64,000 bases of DNA. Origin: an uncultured Holophagales bacterium. Lineage in GTDB: Bacteria; Acidobacteriota; Thermoanaerobaculia; Multivoradales; UBA5704. The stretch lies in NCBI GenBank assembly GCA_963842525.1, contig CAWJGT010000003.1, forward strand, positions 992,001 to 1,056,000, given 5' to 3'. This document shows positions 1 to 8,617 of this stretch, piece after piece (within the stretch, counting starts at the first letter, position 1; each line of letters starts with the position of its first letter). Both the position numbers and the translations under genes were made by a program. The notes under the pieces are model-generated. The model ran no database searches, had not been told where the DNA came from, and worked only from the letters and a program-made list of their open reading frames with translations.

Positions 1-524
1 ACGAAGCAAGGCGATAATCGCGGGCCGGCTAGTCCGTCAGAGCGGGGTTCACGAGGATGGTGTCCCGCGAAGTCAACCCGACGGCTTGCCCGCGCCGTAG
101 ACGACGCAACGCACCCACGGCCCGCCGTTAGGCGCACAGTACACACGACTCGACGGTGGTGCACAAGGTACGGCCGCAAAGGTCGAGTGACCAACTTCCG
201 GCAACGGCCCGAATCGCCAGGATCTCGCATGAGCGCTGGGGTCGAGCAGACTCCGCTCTCTCTTGCCCTTCCCGAGAAAGACATCGCCGCGCAGGATTCC
301 AGGGCGCCGACCGGCATCTCGCCGGCCTCCAGTGCCGTCCGCCCGAGAGAAAGGCGGCGTGCCAAGTGAGTTTCGTGCATGTCTTCAGTGTACGCCGGTC
401 GGCACCAACGCCGACCATTTGCCCGGCCGGCTACGCAGGTTGAACAGTGTGCGTCCGCTGGAAATGGTCGGCCTCCCGTTGCTAAGCCATTGACTTAGCA
501 CGAGCACTGGCCTACACTGCTGAT

Positions 525-815
525 GTGAGGGTGGCATGGGACGAAGCCAAGAACCTCGAGAACCGGCGGAAGCACGGCCTCTCCTTCGAGGAGGCTGAGG
601 AGCTTTTTGCATCAGGGTCCGACTACCTCGAGATCTTCGACGAGGTCCATTCCGAATCTGAAGATCGCTTCATCGCCATCGGCCCCGTCACTCGCGGCCT
701 CATTCTTGTTGTGTGGACTGCGCGTGACGACGACACGCTTCGTATTATCAGTGCTCGCTGGGCCAACGAACGTGAGCAGGCCCTCTACTACACCTACATG
801 GACGAAAGCCGATGA
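525..815 (+). CDS. BrnT-family (DUF497) toxin
   Basis: WDEAKNLENRRKHGLSFEEA...EDRFIAIG...RIISARWAN pattern; overlaps the downstream antitoxin start (ATGA). Confidence 0.9.
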   Translation: MRVAWDEAKNLENRRKHGLSFEEAEELFASGSDYLEIFDEVHSESEDRFIAIGPVTRGLILVVWTARDDDTLRIISARWANEREQALYYTYMDESR

Positions 816-1111
816 CCGAAATTCCGGAGCTAACCCAGGAACAATTCGCTAGGGCCATTCCCGCACGTGTGCGAAAGCGCCTTATGCTTGGGCATTTTGA
901 ATCAGGCGAGGACATCGCTGCATTACGGCGCTTTATCGGGCTCACTCAGGCGCAGTTCGCCCACGCCATGGGCATCAGCGTTCATACTCTCAGAAACTGG
1001 GAGCAGGGTCGGCGACACCCCGAGGGTCCCGCGGTGGCATTGTTGCGCATCGCAGCCCGACATCCGCGGATCATTCGGGAGAATATCGAGAACGTTGAGT
1101 CCGCAGCCTGA
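812..1111 (+). CDS. XRE-type HTH antitoxin
   Basis: LRRFIGLTQAQFAHAMGISVHTLRNWEQGRRHPEGPA helix-turn-helix; coupled to the BrnT-like toxin. Confidence 0.88.
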   Translation: MTEIPELTQEQFARAIPARVRKRLMLGHFESGEDIAALRRFIGLTQAQFAHAMGISVHTLRNWEQGRRHPEGPAVALLRIAARHPRIIRENIENVESAA

Positions 1112-1192
1112 ATGGCAGGAGGCGACGGCGAGGGTCGTGAGCCCGAAGCGCGGGGCGATCTTTTGCGAGTAGAGAAGGTGTATACTTTTTTC

Positions 1193-1441
1193 ATGCACCC
1201 CGAAGATCTCCTACGCTGGGTTGAGTCTCGCCGGGCTGCTGAGCAGCGCGAGAAGTTGGAAGCCCGTGAGGCCGGTCCTGACTCCTCAGGCGCGATCCAG
1301 AGCGCTTTGGCGCTGGTGGCTCTAACGAGGCGCCTTCACGGATGGCCCGTCCCGGAGGACCCGGTGACTCTGCGGCAGGATGCCCTGGCCAGGGAACGGT
1401 GGGACCGGGTCCGCGCTTATTTCGGCAAGCCATCAGGGTGA
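1193..1441 (+). CDS. hypothetical helical protein
   Basis: MHPEDLLRWVESRR... ORF with coding-like composition; start codon uncertain. Confidence 0.5.
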   Translation: MHPEDLLRWVESRRAAEQREKLEAREAGPDSSGAIQSALALVALTRRLHGWPVPEDPVTLRQDALARERWDRVRAYFGKPSG

Positions 1442-1446
1442 ACACG

Positions 1447-2000
1447 ATGAAGTTCAAAGAGCTTGACACTGTGGTTCTTGATTGCGACGTGTCTGGGGCC
1501 ATGAGACGCCCGGCTGGTGTTCGCAACCACGCTGACCATTTCGGCCGACCGGCAGCAAACGCTATAGACGACAGGCTATGACTGAAACTCCGGAGCTGAC
1601 TGAGGAACAATTCGCCAGGGCTATTCCCGCACGAGTGCGAAAGCGCCGGCGCTCTCTTGGGGCGGCGAAGCCGGATGGCGAATATGAGTTTGGCGAGAGC
1701 TACCTCATCGTGAGCCTTGGCGAGCCGAAGAACGACGCCTGCTACAAGCTTCTTCGCCGCCATCATTGAGCGCACTGGAGGGCCTCGAACATGAACGAGC
1801 AGCGGCATCCGGTCCTCACCATTGGGCATTCCACGCACTCCATCGATGCGTTCATCGCACTGCTGCGTCAGCACGGCGTGACGGCGTTGGCCGACGTGCG
1901 CGCGGCCCCTTTCAGCCGCTTCAATCCGCAGTTCAACGAGGCTCGCCCGCCCAAGGTTGGCGCACCTACGGACATGGCATGGAGCCCGTCGTGCCAGTGA
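1447..2000 (+). pseudogene. mosaic of gene remnants: DUF4926-like start, copy of antitoxin N-terminus, dual-OB-like C-terminus, DUF488 N-terminus
   Basis: MKFKELDTVVLD (1447); MTETPELTEEQFARAIPARVRKR (1578, copy of 812); YLIVSLGEP...CYKL; VLTIGHSTHSIDAFIALLRQHGVTALADVR...FSRFNPQFN (1791), each truncated. Confidence 0.6.
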
Positions 2001-2003
2001 GGA

Positions 2004-2873
2004 TTATTCAGCGTTGTCGAGGATATAGCCTAGCGGGTTGACCGGATCGCCGTCGACGCGAACCTCGTAGTGGAGGTGATACCCGGTCGAACGTCCGGTG
2101 TTGCCGACCCGGCCGACGACATCGCCGCGCTTGACCCGTTGCCCCGGCCGGACATTGATCGCCGACAGATGGCCATAGCGGGTGGTCAGGCCATAGCCGT
2201 GGGCGACGAACACCGCCTTGCCGTAGCCCCCGTCGACGTCGGCGCTCACGACGATGCCGTCCGCGCTGGCCCGCACCGGATGGCCCGGCGCCGCGGCGAT
2301 GTCGATGCCCTGGTGGTTGCCGCTCCCGTGGGTCAGCGGATCGGTGCGGTAGCCGAAGCCGCTGGTGAGGATCCCCCGGACCGGCGCGATGGCCGGCGTG
2401 GAGGAGATCCACCGCTGGCGCTGCTCGAGCCGGGACTCGACGGCGTCGAGTTGGCCGGCGAGCTGCGTAGCGCGGGTCTCCATGGCCGGGAGATCGGCGA
2501 GGCCGACGTCCTCCGTGGGGACCTCGCCGCCGATTCCGGCCTCGCCGCCGTGGTCGAGGCTCTCGATGCCGGCGACGACGGCGAGGTCGCGGGTGCGGTC
2601 CTCATAGCCCGTGAGCTGCTCCTGCAGCTTCTGGATGCTCGACCCGAACGTCGCGCTCATCTGCCGGAGCTGCTCGTTTTCCTGGCGCAGGCGCGCGATC
2701 TCGATCGGATTGGCCGGGCTGTGGAAGTGTGACCCGATGAAGTAGAGGGAAGCGACGGTGAGGAGGAGGAGAGCACCGGCGGCGACGCCGATCTGCAGAT
2801 TCGTCACCCGCCACTTGCGTAGCTTGGCGTGCGCGTGCGGGACGAAGATGATCGTATTGTGCTGTCGAGCCAT
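2004..2873 (-). CDS. M23 family metallopeptidase with N-terminal TM and coiled coil
   Basis: HQGIDI (HxxxD), YGHL and HLHYEVR motifs; N-terminal hydrophobic segment. Confidence 0.92.
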   Translation of the reverse strand: MARQHNTIIFVPHAHAKLRKWRVTNLQIGVAAGALLLLTVASLYFIGSHFHSPANPIEIARLRQENEQLRQMSATFGSSIQKLQEQLTGYEDRTRDLAVVAGIESLDHGGEAGIGGEVPTEDVGLADLPAMETRATQLAGQLDAVESRLEQRQRWISSTPAIAPVRGILTSGFGYRTDPLTHGSGNHQGIDIAAAPGHPVRASADGIVVSADVDGGYGKAVFVAHGYGLTTRYGHLSAINVRPGQRVKRGDVVGRVGNTGRSTGYHLHYEVRVDGDPVNPLGYILDNAE

Positions 2874-2961
2874 GCCCACCCTACACGAGACATCCCCAAA
2901 ACCAGTCATCGAACCGGCTCCGAGAACTTCAAGAACAGGGACGCCGAATGGCGAGGAGCGT

Positions 2962-2989
2962 ATTGTAACTCCCGAGACTCGCGTGTCAA
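2962..2989 (-). promoter_or_regulatory. sigma70-type promoter
   Basis: Minus strand TTGACA-N16-TACAAT upstream of the M23 gene; the same motif recurs upstream of its paralog. Confidence 0.6.
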
Positions 2990-3065
2990 GGGGCAGATAA
3001 AATATGGTGATCTAGCATTCCGGCGGTGTGTAAATTGGGAACCGGCGGGCCCTGGAATCCGGCGG

Positions 3066-4780
3066 CTACTCCCGCTGCAGGCTCACGATGGGGGCCGCGG
3101 GAGCGAAGATCGTTCCGTCGTCGTCGATCCGGGGTGCAGTCTCCCCGAAGTCCGCGCGGGATAGATCGCGCACCACCTGGATCGCCTCGCCGGAGGGATC
3201 GAGCTTGGGGCCGCCGGGCTTGACCTGCTTGGCGGGATGGATCTGGCCGCCGAGGAAGGCGCCATCGAACCCCAGCCGGGCCTCGAGGATCATCGAGAGC
3301 CCGGCCGGGCCGCTCAGGTTCATGGCTCCATAGGTGGCGAAGTTCCCGAGAGAGTATGCGATGAGGCGGCCCTTGTAGACCTCCATGCCCCGGAGCACGT
3401 GCGGCCCGTGCCCCACCACCAGATCCGCTCCGGCGTCGATCACCGCCCGCGAGAAGGCCCGGAGGTCGCCGCGCTTCTCGCTGTAGAACTCCTCGACGCC
3501 GTGAGGCACGTGCTGGCGCGAGGCCCCCTCGGCCCCGCCGTGGAACGACACGATCACGATATCGCTCTCGGCCGCCAGGGAGGAGACCGCCTGGCGAGCC
3601 GTCTCGATGTCGTTCAGGTTGTAGGAGTACGCCCCGGTCGAGAACGCCAGCACCGAGACCTCTTTTCCCTTGACGGTGAGCTGGCCGATATCGCCGACCT
3701 CCGCTCCGGAGTGAACGACGCCGAGGTCTCTGAGCACCTTCTTCGAGCTTCTCTCGGCCCCGGTCGCCGAAGTCCATGGCGTGGTTGTTGGCCAGGCTCA
3801 AAACGTCGAAGCCGGCGTCCTTGAGGTGCTTGCCGTAACGGGTCGGCACCCGGAACGCGTAGCACCGGTTCGAACTCCTGCGGGCATTTGGCGGTGGTGC
3901 CGCCCTCGAGCAGTGGCCCCTCGAGGTTGCCGAACGCCAGATCCGCGGCGGCCAGGAGAGGTGTCACCTCGGCCAGCATCCCCACCCCGTCGTCGGGGGG
4001 AAGCCGACCGCCCGTCGCGTCGGGGAAGGTCGAGCCCATCATGACATCACCCACTCCCACGAACACGATCTCGCCGTCGCGCGCGAGATCACGTGCGGTT
4101 CGAGGAGCGGCGGCGGGCAGCGGGGCGGCGGACGCCAGCACGTTGGACGGCGTGCCACCGTCGTCGAGCATATAGGCGAGAGGGTCGACCGGCTCGCCAT
4201 CGAGGCGCACCTCGTAGTGGAGGTGGGGACCGGTCGAGCGTCCGGTGTTGCCGACCCGGCCGATCACCTCGCCGCGCTTGACCTGCTGGCCCGGCAGGAC
4301 GTCGATGCGCGAAAGGTGGCCGTAGCGGGTCGTCATGCCATACCCATGCGAGATGTAGACGGCGTTGCCAAGGCGGCCCGCCACGCCGGCTTGCACGACG
4401 ATCCCGTCGGCGGTGGCCTGGACCGCCTGGCCCAGGGCGGCGGCGATGTCGATCCCCTGGTGCAGGCCGCGCCCGCGCGTCAAGGGGCCCCTGCGGTAGC
4501 CGAAGCCGCTGGTGAGGATTCCCTTGACGGGAGCGATCGCCGGAATGGTCGAGAGCCATTGCCGCCTGTCGGCGAGCTTCGCCTCCAGCGCGTCGAGAGA
4601 GCCGCCGAGCGCTTCGACGGCCTCGCCGCCGCCGCCCGCCTCGGCCTTCTCGGCGGCGGTGGCGGGGGTGTTGAAGTACGAGAAGAGGAGTAAAACGGCC
4701 GCGAGGATCAGGGTAACCCGCAGCTTGGCGTGCTCGGGAGGGTCGAAGAGGATCATGCGGTGCCGTTTTGACCTGCTCAT
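3066..4780 (-). CDS. M23 peptidase fused to CapA-like (PGA_cap metallophosphatase) domain; two frameshifts near 3870 and 3750
   Basis: M23 HQGIDI/HLH motifs, then GVGDVM, GNLEGPL, LSLANNHAMD, VSFHGG, VVGHGPHV, YSLGNF spread over three frames. Confidence 0.8.
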
Positions 4781-4855
4781 GCCGACGACATTCGGAGCCG
4801 CTGACACCTGCCGACTCCAACCTGTAAGAGAGCAAAAACCGGTGATGCGGGGCGT

Positions 4856-4883
4856 ATTGTAACCCGCGGAAGCGGGGTGTCAA
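4856..4883 (-). promoter_or_regulatory. sigma70-type promoter
   Basis: Minus strand TTGACA-N16-TACAAT, same architecture as 2962-2989. Confidence 0.6.
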
Positions 4884-5034
4884 GAGGGGCTGCCTGTGGA
4901 GACGAACCGGCGGGTTGCGAAGCCTGGCTCGAGCGTTGGGCCATGGGGAACCGCCCGACACCCCGGCAAGAGGGGGCAAGCGGCGAAGAATAGGGCTTTT
5001 CTCCGCCGCAGTGGCTTCCGCGACCGCGAAGCCA

Positions 5035-5340
5035 GCCTCGGCCGCGCAGGGGTACAGATCCTTGCCGGGACGGATGGAGTGGGTACCGGGACGTTGCTTC
5101 CCGGTTTCGGCCTCCAGCATGAGCTCGAATTGCTGGCGCAAGCGGGGCTGACTCCGCAAAGACCTTGGGAGCATCGAGGCAGGCAAGCTTGCGGATCTGG
5201 TGATTCTCAGCTCCGATCCGCTCATCGATAGTCGCAATACCTCAAAGATCGACGCGGTCATGATCGGGGGGCGCCTGCTGGACAGGAAGGCTCTCGACGA
5301 AATGCTTGCGCAAGCAGAAGCCGCGGCCAGGAAGAGCTGA
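5035..5340 (+). pseudogene. amidohydrolase C-terminal remnant
   Basis: AGVQILAGTD...PGFGLQHELELLAQAGLTP, then a frameshift/deletion to LGSIEAGKLADLVILSSDPL...IDAVMIGGRLLDR; no N-terminus. Confidence 0.7.
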
Positions 5341-5347
5341 CTTGATG

Positions 5348-5938
5348 TCAATCGTCCTCAGATTCGGCGAGCGCTGCCCGTTCTTGTGCAAAGCGCTCCC
5401 GCAGTTGGAGGTCGGAGAGGCCTGGAACGTTGCTGTCCACGCTGCGCAGGACGGCCGCGAGGCTTCCCGAGAGGAGGTCGGCTCCCGCGAGGACATCACC
5501 GAGGATTTGCGGCTTGCAATGGCCTGCCGCCTGGCGGGCAATGTCGAGAGCCGCGGCGATGTCGCGTCCGGCCGCGAGCGGTGACTCCGTGGCGGCAGCG
5601 AGCGTCTTCTGCATCTGCTCGCTCCGGGCAGCCTTCTCCTCGGCGGTTCCCTTCGGCAGGGCCAGGGCCTGCATGAACTCCTTGTAGGCCGCGATGTCGT
5701 GGTCCGCATGAGCGCTGAGGCGCGCGAGGAGCTCGTTCCCTGAATGCAGCAGCGGGTCGAGGGCTGCGGCCAGCTCCGTATCAGCCCCTTTCCGTGTGAT
5801 CTCCAGTCCCATCAGGACAAGCCCGAGCCCGAGGGCGGCGCAGACGCATGCCGCCGAGGCGCCGCTCGGGGTCGGGCTCGGGAACGCCGTGCGGTCGCGG
5901 AAGTCGGTAAGGGTCCACGACCAGACCGAGTCATGCAT
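5348..5938 (-). CDS. formiminotransferase-cyclodeaminase C-terminal (FTCD_C) family protein
   Basis: PTPSGASAACVCAALGLGLVLM, D..AY..FMQALALPKGTAEEKAARS...AATESPL pattern. Confidence 0.8.
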   Translation of the reverse strand: MHDSVWSWTLTDFRDRTAFPSPTPSGASAACVCAALGLGLVLMGLEITRKGADTELAAALDPLLHSGNELLARLSAHADHDIAAYKEFMQALALPKGTAEEKAARSEQMQKTLAAATESPLAAGRDIAAALDIARQAAGHCKPQILGDVLAGADLLSGSLAAVLRSVDSNVPGLSDLQLRERFAQERAALAESEDD

Positions 5939-6011
5939 GTCCTCAGTGTATGCCATCGGCCTTGCGTCCATCCTCGGCCTTCGGGTACCTTGGGCCATAG
6001 GAGGTGGCCTC

Positions 6012-6281
6012 ATGTGCCGGAACATCAAGACCCTCTACAACTTCGAGCCGACGGTGACGGAGGGAGAGGTGCGCGCGGCTTCGTTGCAGTTCGTGCGAAA
6101 AATCACTGGCTTCAACAAGCCGTCCAAGGCGAACGAGGCCGCGTTCTTTGCCGCTGTCGACGAGATTGCCAGGATCTCAGCCGATCTCCTCAGCAGCCTC
6201 GAAACGAGCGCACCGCCGAAGGACCGGGACGAGGAGGCCGCCAGGGCGAAGGAACGCTCCGCACGCCGCTTCGCGACGTGA
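6012..6281 (+). CDS. DUF2277 family protein
   Basis: MCRNIKTLYNFEP...RAASLQFVRKITGF signature; GGAGG RBS upstream. Confidence 0.9.
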   Translation: MCRNIKTLYNFEPTVTEGEVRAASLQFVRKITGFNKPSKANEAAFFAAVDEIARISADLLSSLETSAPPKDRDEEAARAKERSARRFAT

Positions 6282-6371
6282 GGATCCGGCCCGAAACCTT
6301 CTGATCCTCACGCGCGTAGGGCCGCACTGAATGCGCGCTTTGAATGCGATACCGAAGAAAGTGAGGATTCC

Positions 6372-6872
6372 ATGAAGAAGCTCTTCGCACGCAACGTGCT
6401 GCTGCTCTTGTCCCTGCTCGCGGCGCCGGCGGCCCGGGTCGACGCCCAGCCCCCGCCAGATCCGGCAGTCCAGGCCGAGCTCTTTCGGACCATCTCGTCG
6501 CTGGACAGCGCATTCTTCGATGCCTACAACCGGTGCGACCTGGAGAAGATCGGCTCGCTCCTCACGGAAGATCTGGAGTTCTACCACGATCAGACCGGGC
6601 TGAGCCGGTCACGGCAGGCGTCGGTCGATGCCGTCAAGCAGAACATCTGCGGCAAGGTGCGCCGGGAGCTCGTTGCAGGGACTCTCGAGGTCTATCAGCT
6701 CAAGGGTTATGGCGCGGTCGAGATCGGCGAGCATCGCTTCTGTGACTCCAGGAAGTATGAGAAGTGTGGCGAGGACAGCGGCGTTGCGAGGTTCGTCATG
6801 CTCTGGCAGAACAAGGACGGTGTCTGGCAGATCTCGCGGGTGATCAGCTATGACCACGTGTCGCATCACTAG
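6372..6872 (+). CDS. secreted NTF2-like (DUF4440) protein
   Basis: Signal peptide; FFDAYNRCD, DLEFYHD, GAVEIGEHRF, WQISRVISYDH. Confidence 0.85.
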   Translation: MKKLFARNVLLLLSLLAAPAARVDAQPPPDPAVQAELFRTISSLDSAFFDAYNRCDLEKIGSLLTEDLEFYHDQTGLSRSRQASVDAVKQNICGKVRRELVAGTLEVYQLKGYGAVEIGEHRFCDSRKYEKCGEDSGVARFVMLWQNKDGVWQISRVISYDHVSHH

Positions 6873-6894
6873 CGGGGTGACAGCCGCCGGCCGG

Positions 6895-7252
6895 GGACCG
6901 CTGCCATTTCTTCGCGGCGGCGGCAATGGCCATGCGGCACATCCTGGTGGACCGCGCCCGGCGGCATGCGGCCCTGAAGCGGGGCGGTGCCGGCCAGCAG
7001 GTCGCTTTCGATTCGTCTCTGCTCCAGGTCGAGGCCAAGGCGGTCGAGATCCTGGCCCTGGACCAGGCGCTCCGCACGCTGGCCAAGGCCGACGAGCGGC
7101 TGGCCCGTCTGGTGGAGCTGCGGTTCTTCGGCGGCCTTACCCTGGAGGAGACCGCCGAGGAGCTGCAGCTCTCCGAGCGGACCGTGCAGCGGGACTGGCG
7201 CGCGGCGCGGTCCTTCCTCTACCGCACCCTCCAAGCGGCGCCGATGGGATGA
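6895..7252 (+). pseudogene. 5'-truncated ECF sigma factor (kinase-associated TIGR02999 type)
   Basis: DRCHFFAAAAMAMRHILVDRARR...LVELRFFGGLTLEETAE...RTVQRDWRAAR; region 2 N-terminus is missing. Confidence 0.75.
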
Positions 7253-7320
7253 AGCGGGACGGCGAGCCGGCTCCCGAGCGTTGGCAGCGCATCCGCGCCC
7301 TTTTCGAGCGTGCCCTGCCA
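7249..7320 (+). pseudogene. N-terminal stub of a Ser/Thr kinase
   Basis: MKRDGEPAPERWQRIRALFERAL resembles the start of the kinases that follow this ECF type; it breaks off after ~24 codons. Confidence 0.5.
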
Positions 7321-7856
7321 CATATTCGGACCCCACGCTCGTTCCCAATGCTCAGATCCAGGTCGTCGATCAGGGCGATTATGTCGCCACGATGGCCTTC
7401 AACCTGCTGCCGCCAGGCACGAGCGGGCAGGGAACCCCCCGAACCATCCTCGCTCTCCTGCCCCAGGGCGGCGTTCAGATGCCTCTTCTTCAGCAGCCGA
7501 GCGGGGGAACCGTCGACCTCGTGATCGATGGCAACGGGAACGTGAGCCCGCAGAATTCCTCAGCCCGCTTCAAGGAGGACATCCAGCCTCTGCAGGACGA
7601 CTTCCACAAGGTTTTGCTCCTCGAGCCCAGGGCATTCGCCTACAAGGACACGGGAGCCCGCGGGATCGGCTACACCGCCGAAGAAGTCGACGCGGCGGAT
7701 CTCCACAACCTCGTCGCCTACGATGACGAAGGCAAGCCTCTGGGCGTGCACTACAAAATGCTTTCCATCTACCTGCTCGAGCTGGTGAAAGAGCTGCGGA
7801 CCACGCTGACGGAGGTCCAGGCAGAGGTCGCGGCGCTCAAGAGCACGACCCACTGA
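7320..7856 (+). pseudogene. C-terminal peptidase S74 (intramolecular chaperone, tail-fibre type) remnant
   Basis: SSARFKEDIQPL...LEPRAFAYK...IGYTAEEV...VHYKML...LVKEL followed by a terminal coiled coil. Confidence 0.65.
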
Positions 7857-7869
7857 GAAAGGCTATCGA

Positions 7870-7913
7870 GACGCCCCGGGTTGGAAGCTCAGTAGTGGAC
7901 AACCCGGGGCGTC
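7870..7913. terminator. 14-bp inverted repeat hairpin
   Basis: GACGCCCCGGGTTG ... CAACCCGGGGCGTC. Confidence 0.5.
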
Positions 7914-7971
7914 AGCCCTCGCGTCAGACCTTGACGGATCTTCGTCGACATCTACGCTACACTAATCGGCT

Positions 7972-8358
7972 ATGAGCATTTGCGTTGTTCGACTGGGAAG
8001 CGAGAGAGCAAAAGGCGAGGGGCTGCGCATCGGGACCGTGCGGCGGCCTCCACGGGGAGTGCCGAAGGAGCGTCATGCGGCCGAAAACTGGTATGACGTG
8101 TGGCTCCCGAACCTGGCACCGAGCGCCGAGTTGGTCAAGGAGGCTCAGGCGGTCACCACGCCCCGCGAGTGGGAAGCCTTCTCGCGGAAGTACCGGGCTG
8201 AAATGGCCAGGTCGGAGACTGCGAAGGTTCTGGACCTCCTCGCGGCGTTCTCGCACCAGGTGAATTTTTCGGTGGGGTGCTATTGCGAGGACGAAGCACA
8301 CTGCCATCGCTCGGTCCTACGGGAGATTCTGGTTGAGCGGGGAGCCGAGGTCGCCTGA
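7972..8358 (+). CDS. DUF488 (YeaO-like) family protein
   Basis: RIGTVRRPPRGVPKE, WLPNLAPSAEL, CYCEDEAHCHRSVL. Confidence 0.85.
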   Translation: MSICVVRLGSERAKGEGLRIGTVRRPPRGVPKERHAAENWYDVWLPNLAPSAELVKEAQAVTTPREWEAFSRKYRAEMARSETAKVLDLLAAFSHQVNFSVGCYCEDEAHCHRSVLREILVERGAEVA

Positions 8359-8405
8359 AGCCACGCCAGGCCTGACGCCACGCCAGGCCGGCCATCGACA
8401 AACCC

Positions 8406-8508
8406 GCCCGGGCATGAATGCCCGGGCTAGGAATAGCGCCGGGTGAACCCGGCTTCAAAGCCCCATTCATGGGGCGCCGTTCCTAGCCCGGCGATTCATC
8501 GCCGGGCT
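8406..8508. repeat. REP-like palindrome cluster (inverted doublet)
   Basis: GCCCGGGCATGAATGCCCGGGCTAGGAA ... TTCCTAGCCCGGCGATTCATCGCCGGGC, with two short inner palindromes. Confidence 0.65.
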
Positions 8509-8617
8509 TCTCCGGCCTTGACGCATCTCTCTCGCAGCGTACACTAGCGCCGTCTTGTTCCTCTGAAGTCGATCAGACCGGCGGCGCGCAGCACGCCGGG
8601 CCTCCAAAAGGGGTGGC

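Noticed and set aside
128-500. Short overlapping ORFs at the window start
   Set aside because: No recognisable motifs; likely intergenic or remnant DNA.
7320-7856. Prophage inferred from the S74 tail-chaperone domain
   Set aside because: Isolated fragment with no phage structural, terminase or integrase genes nearby.
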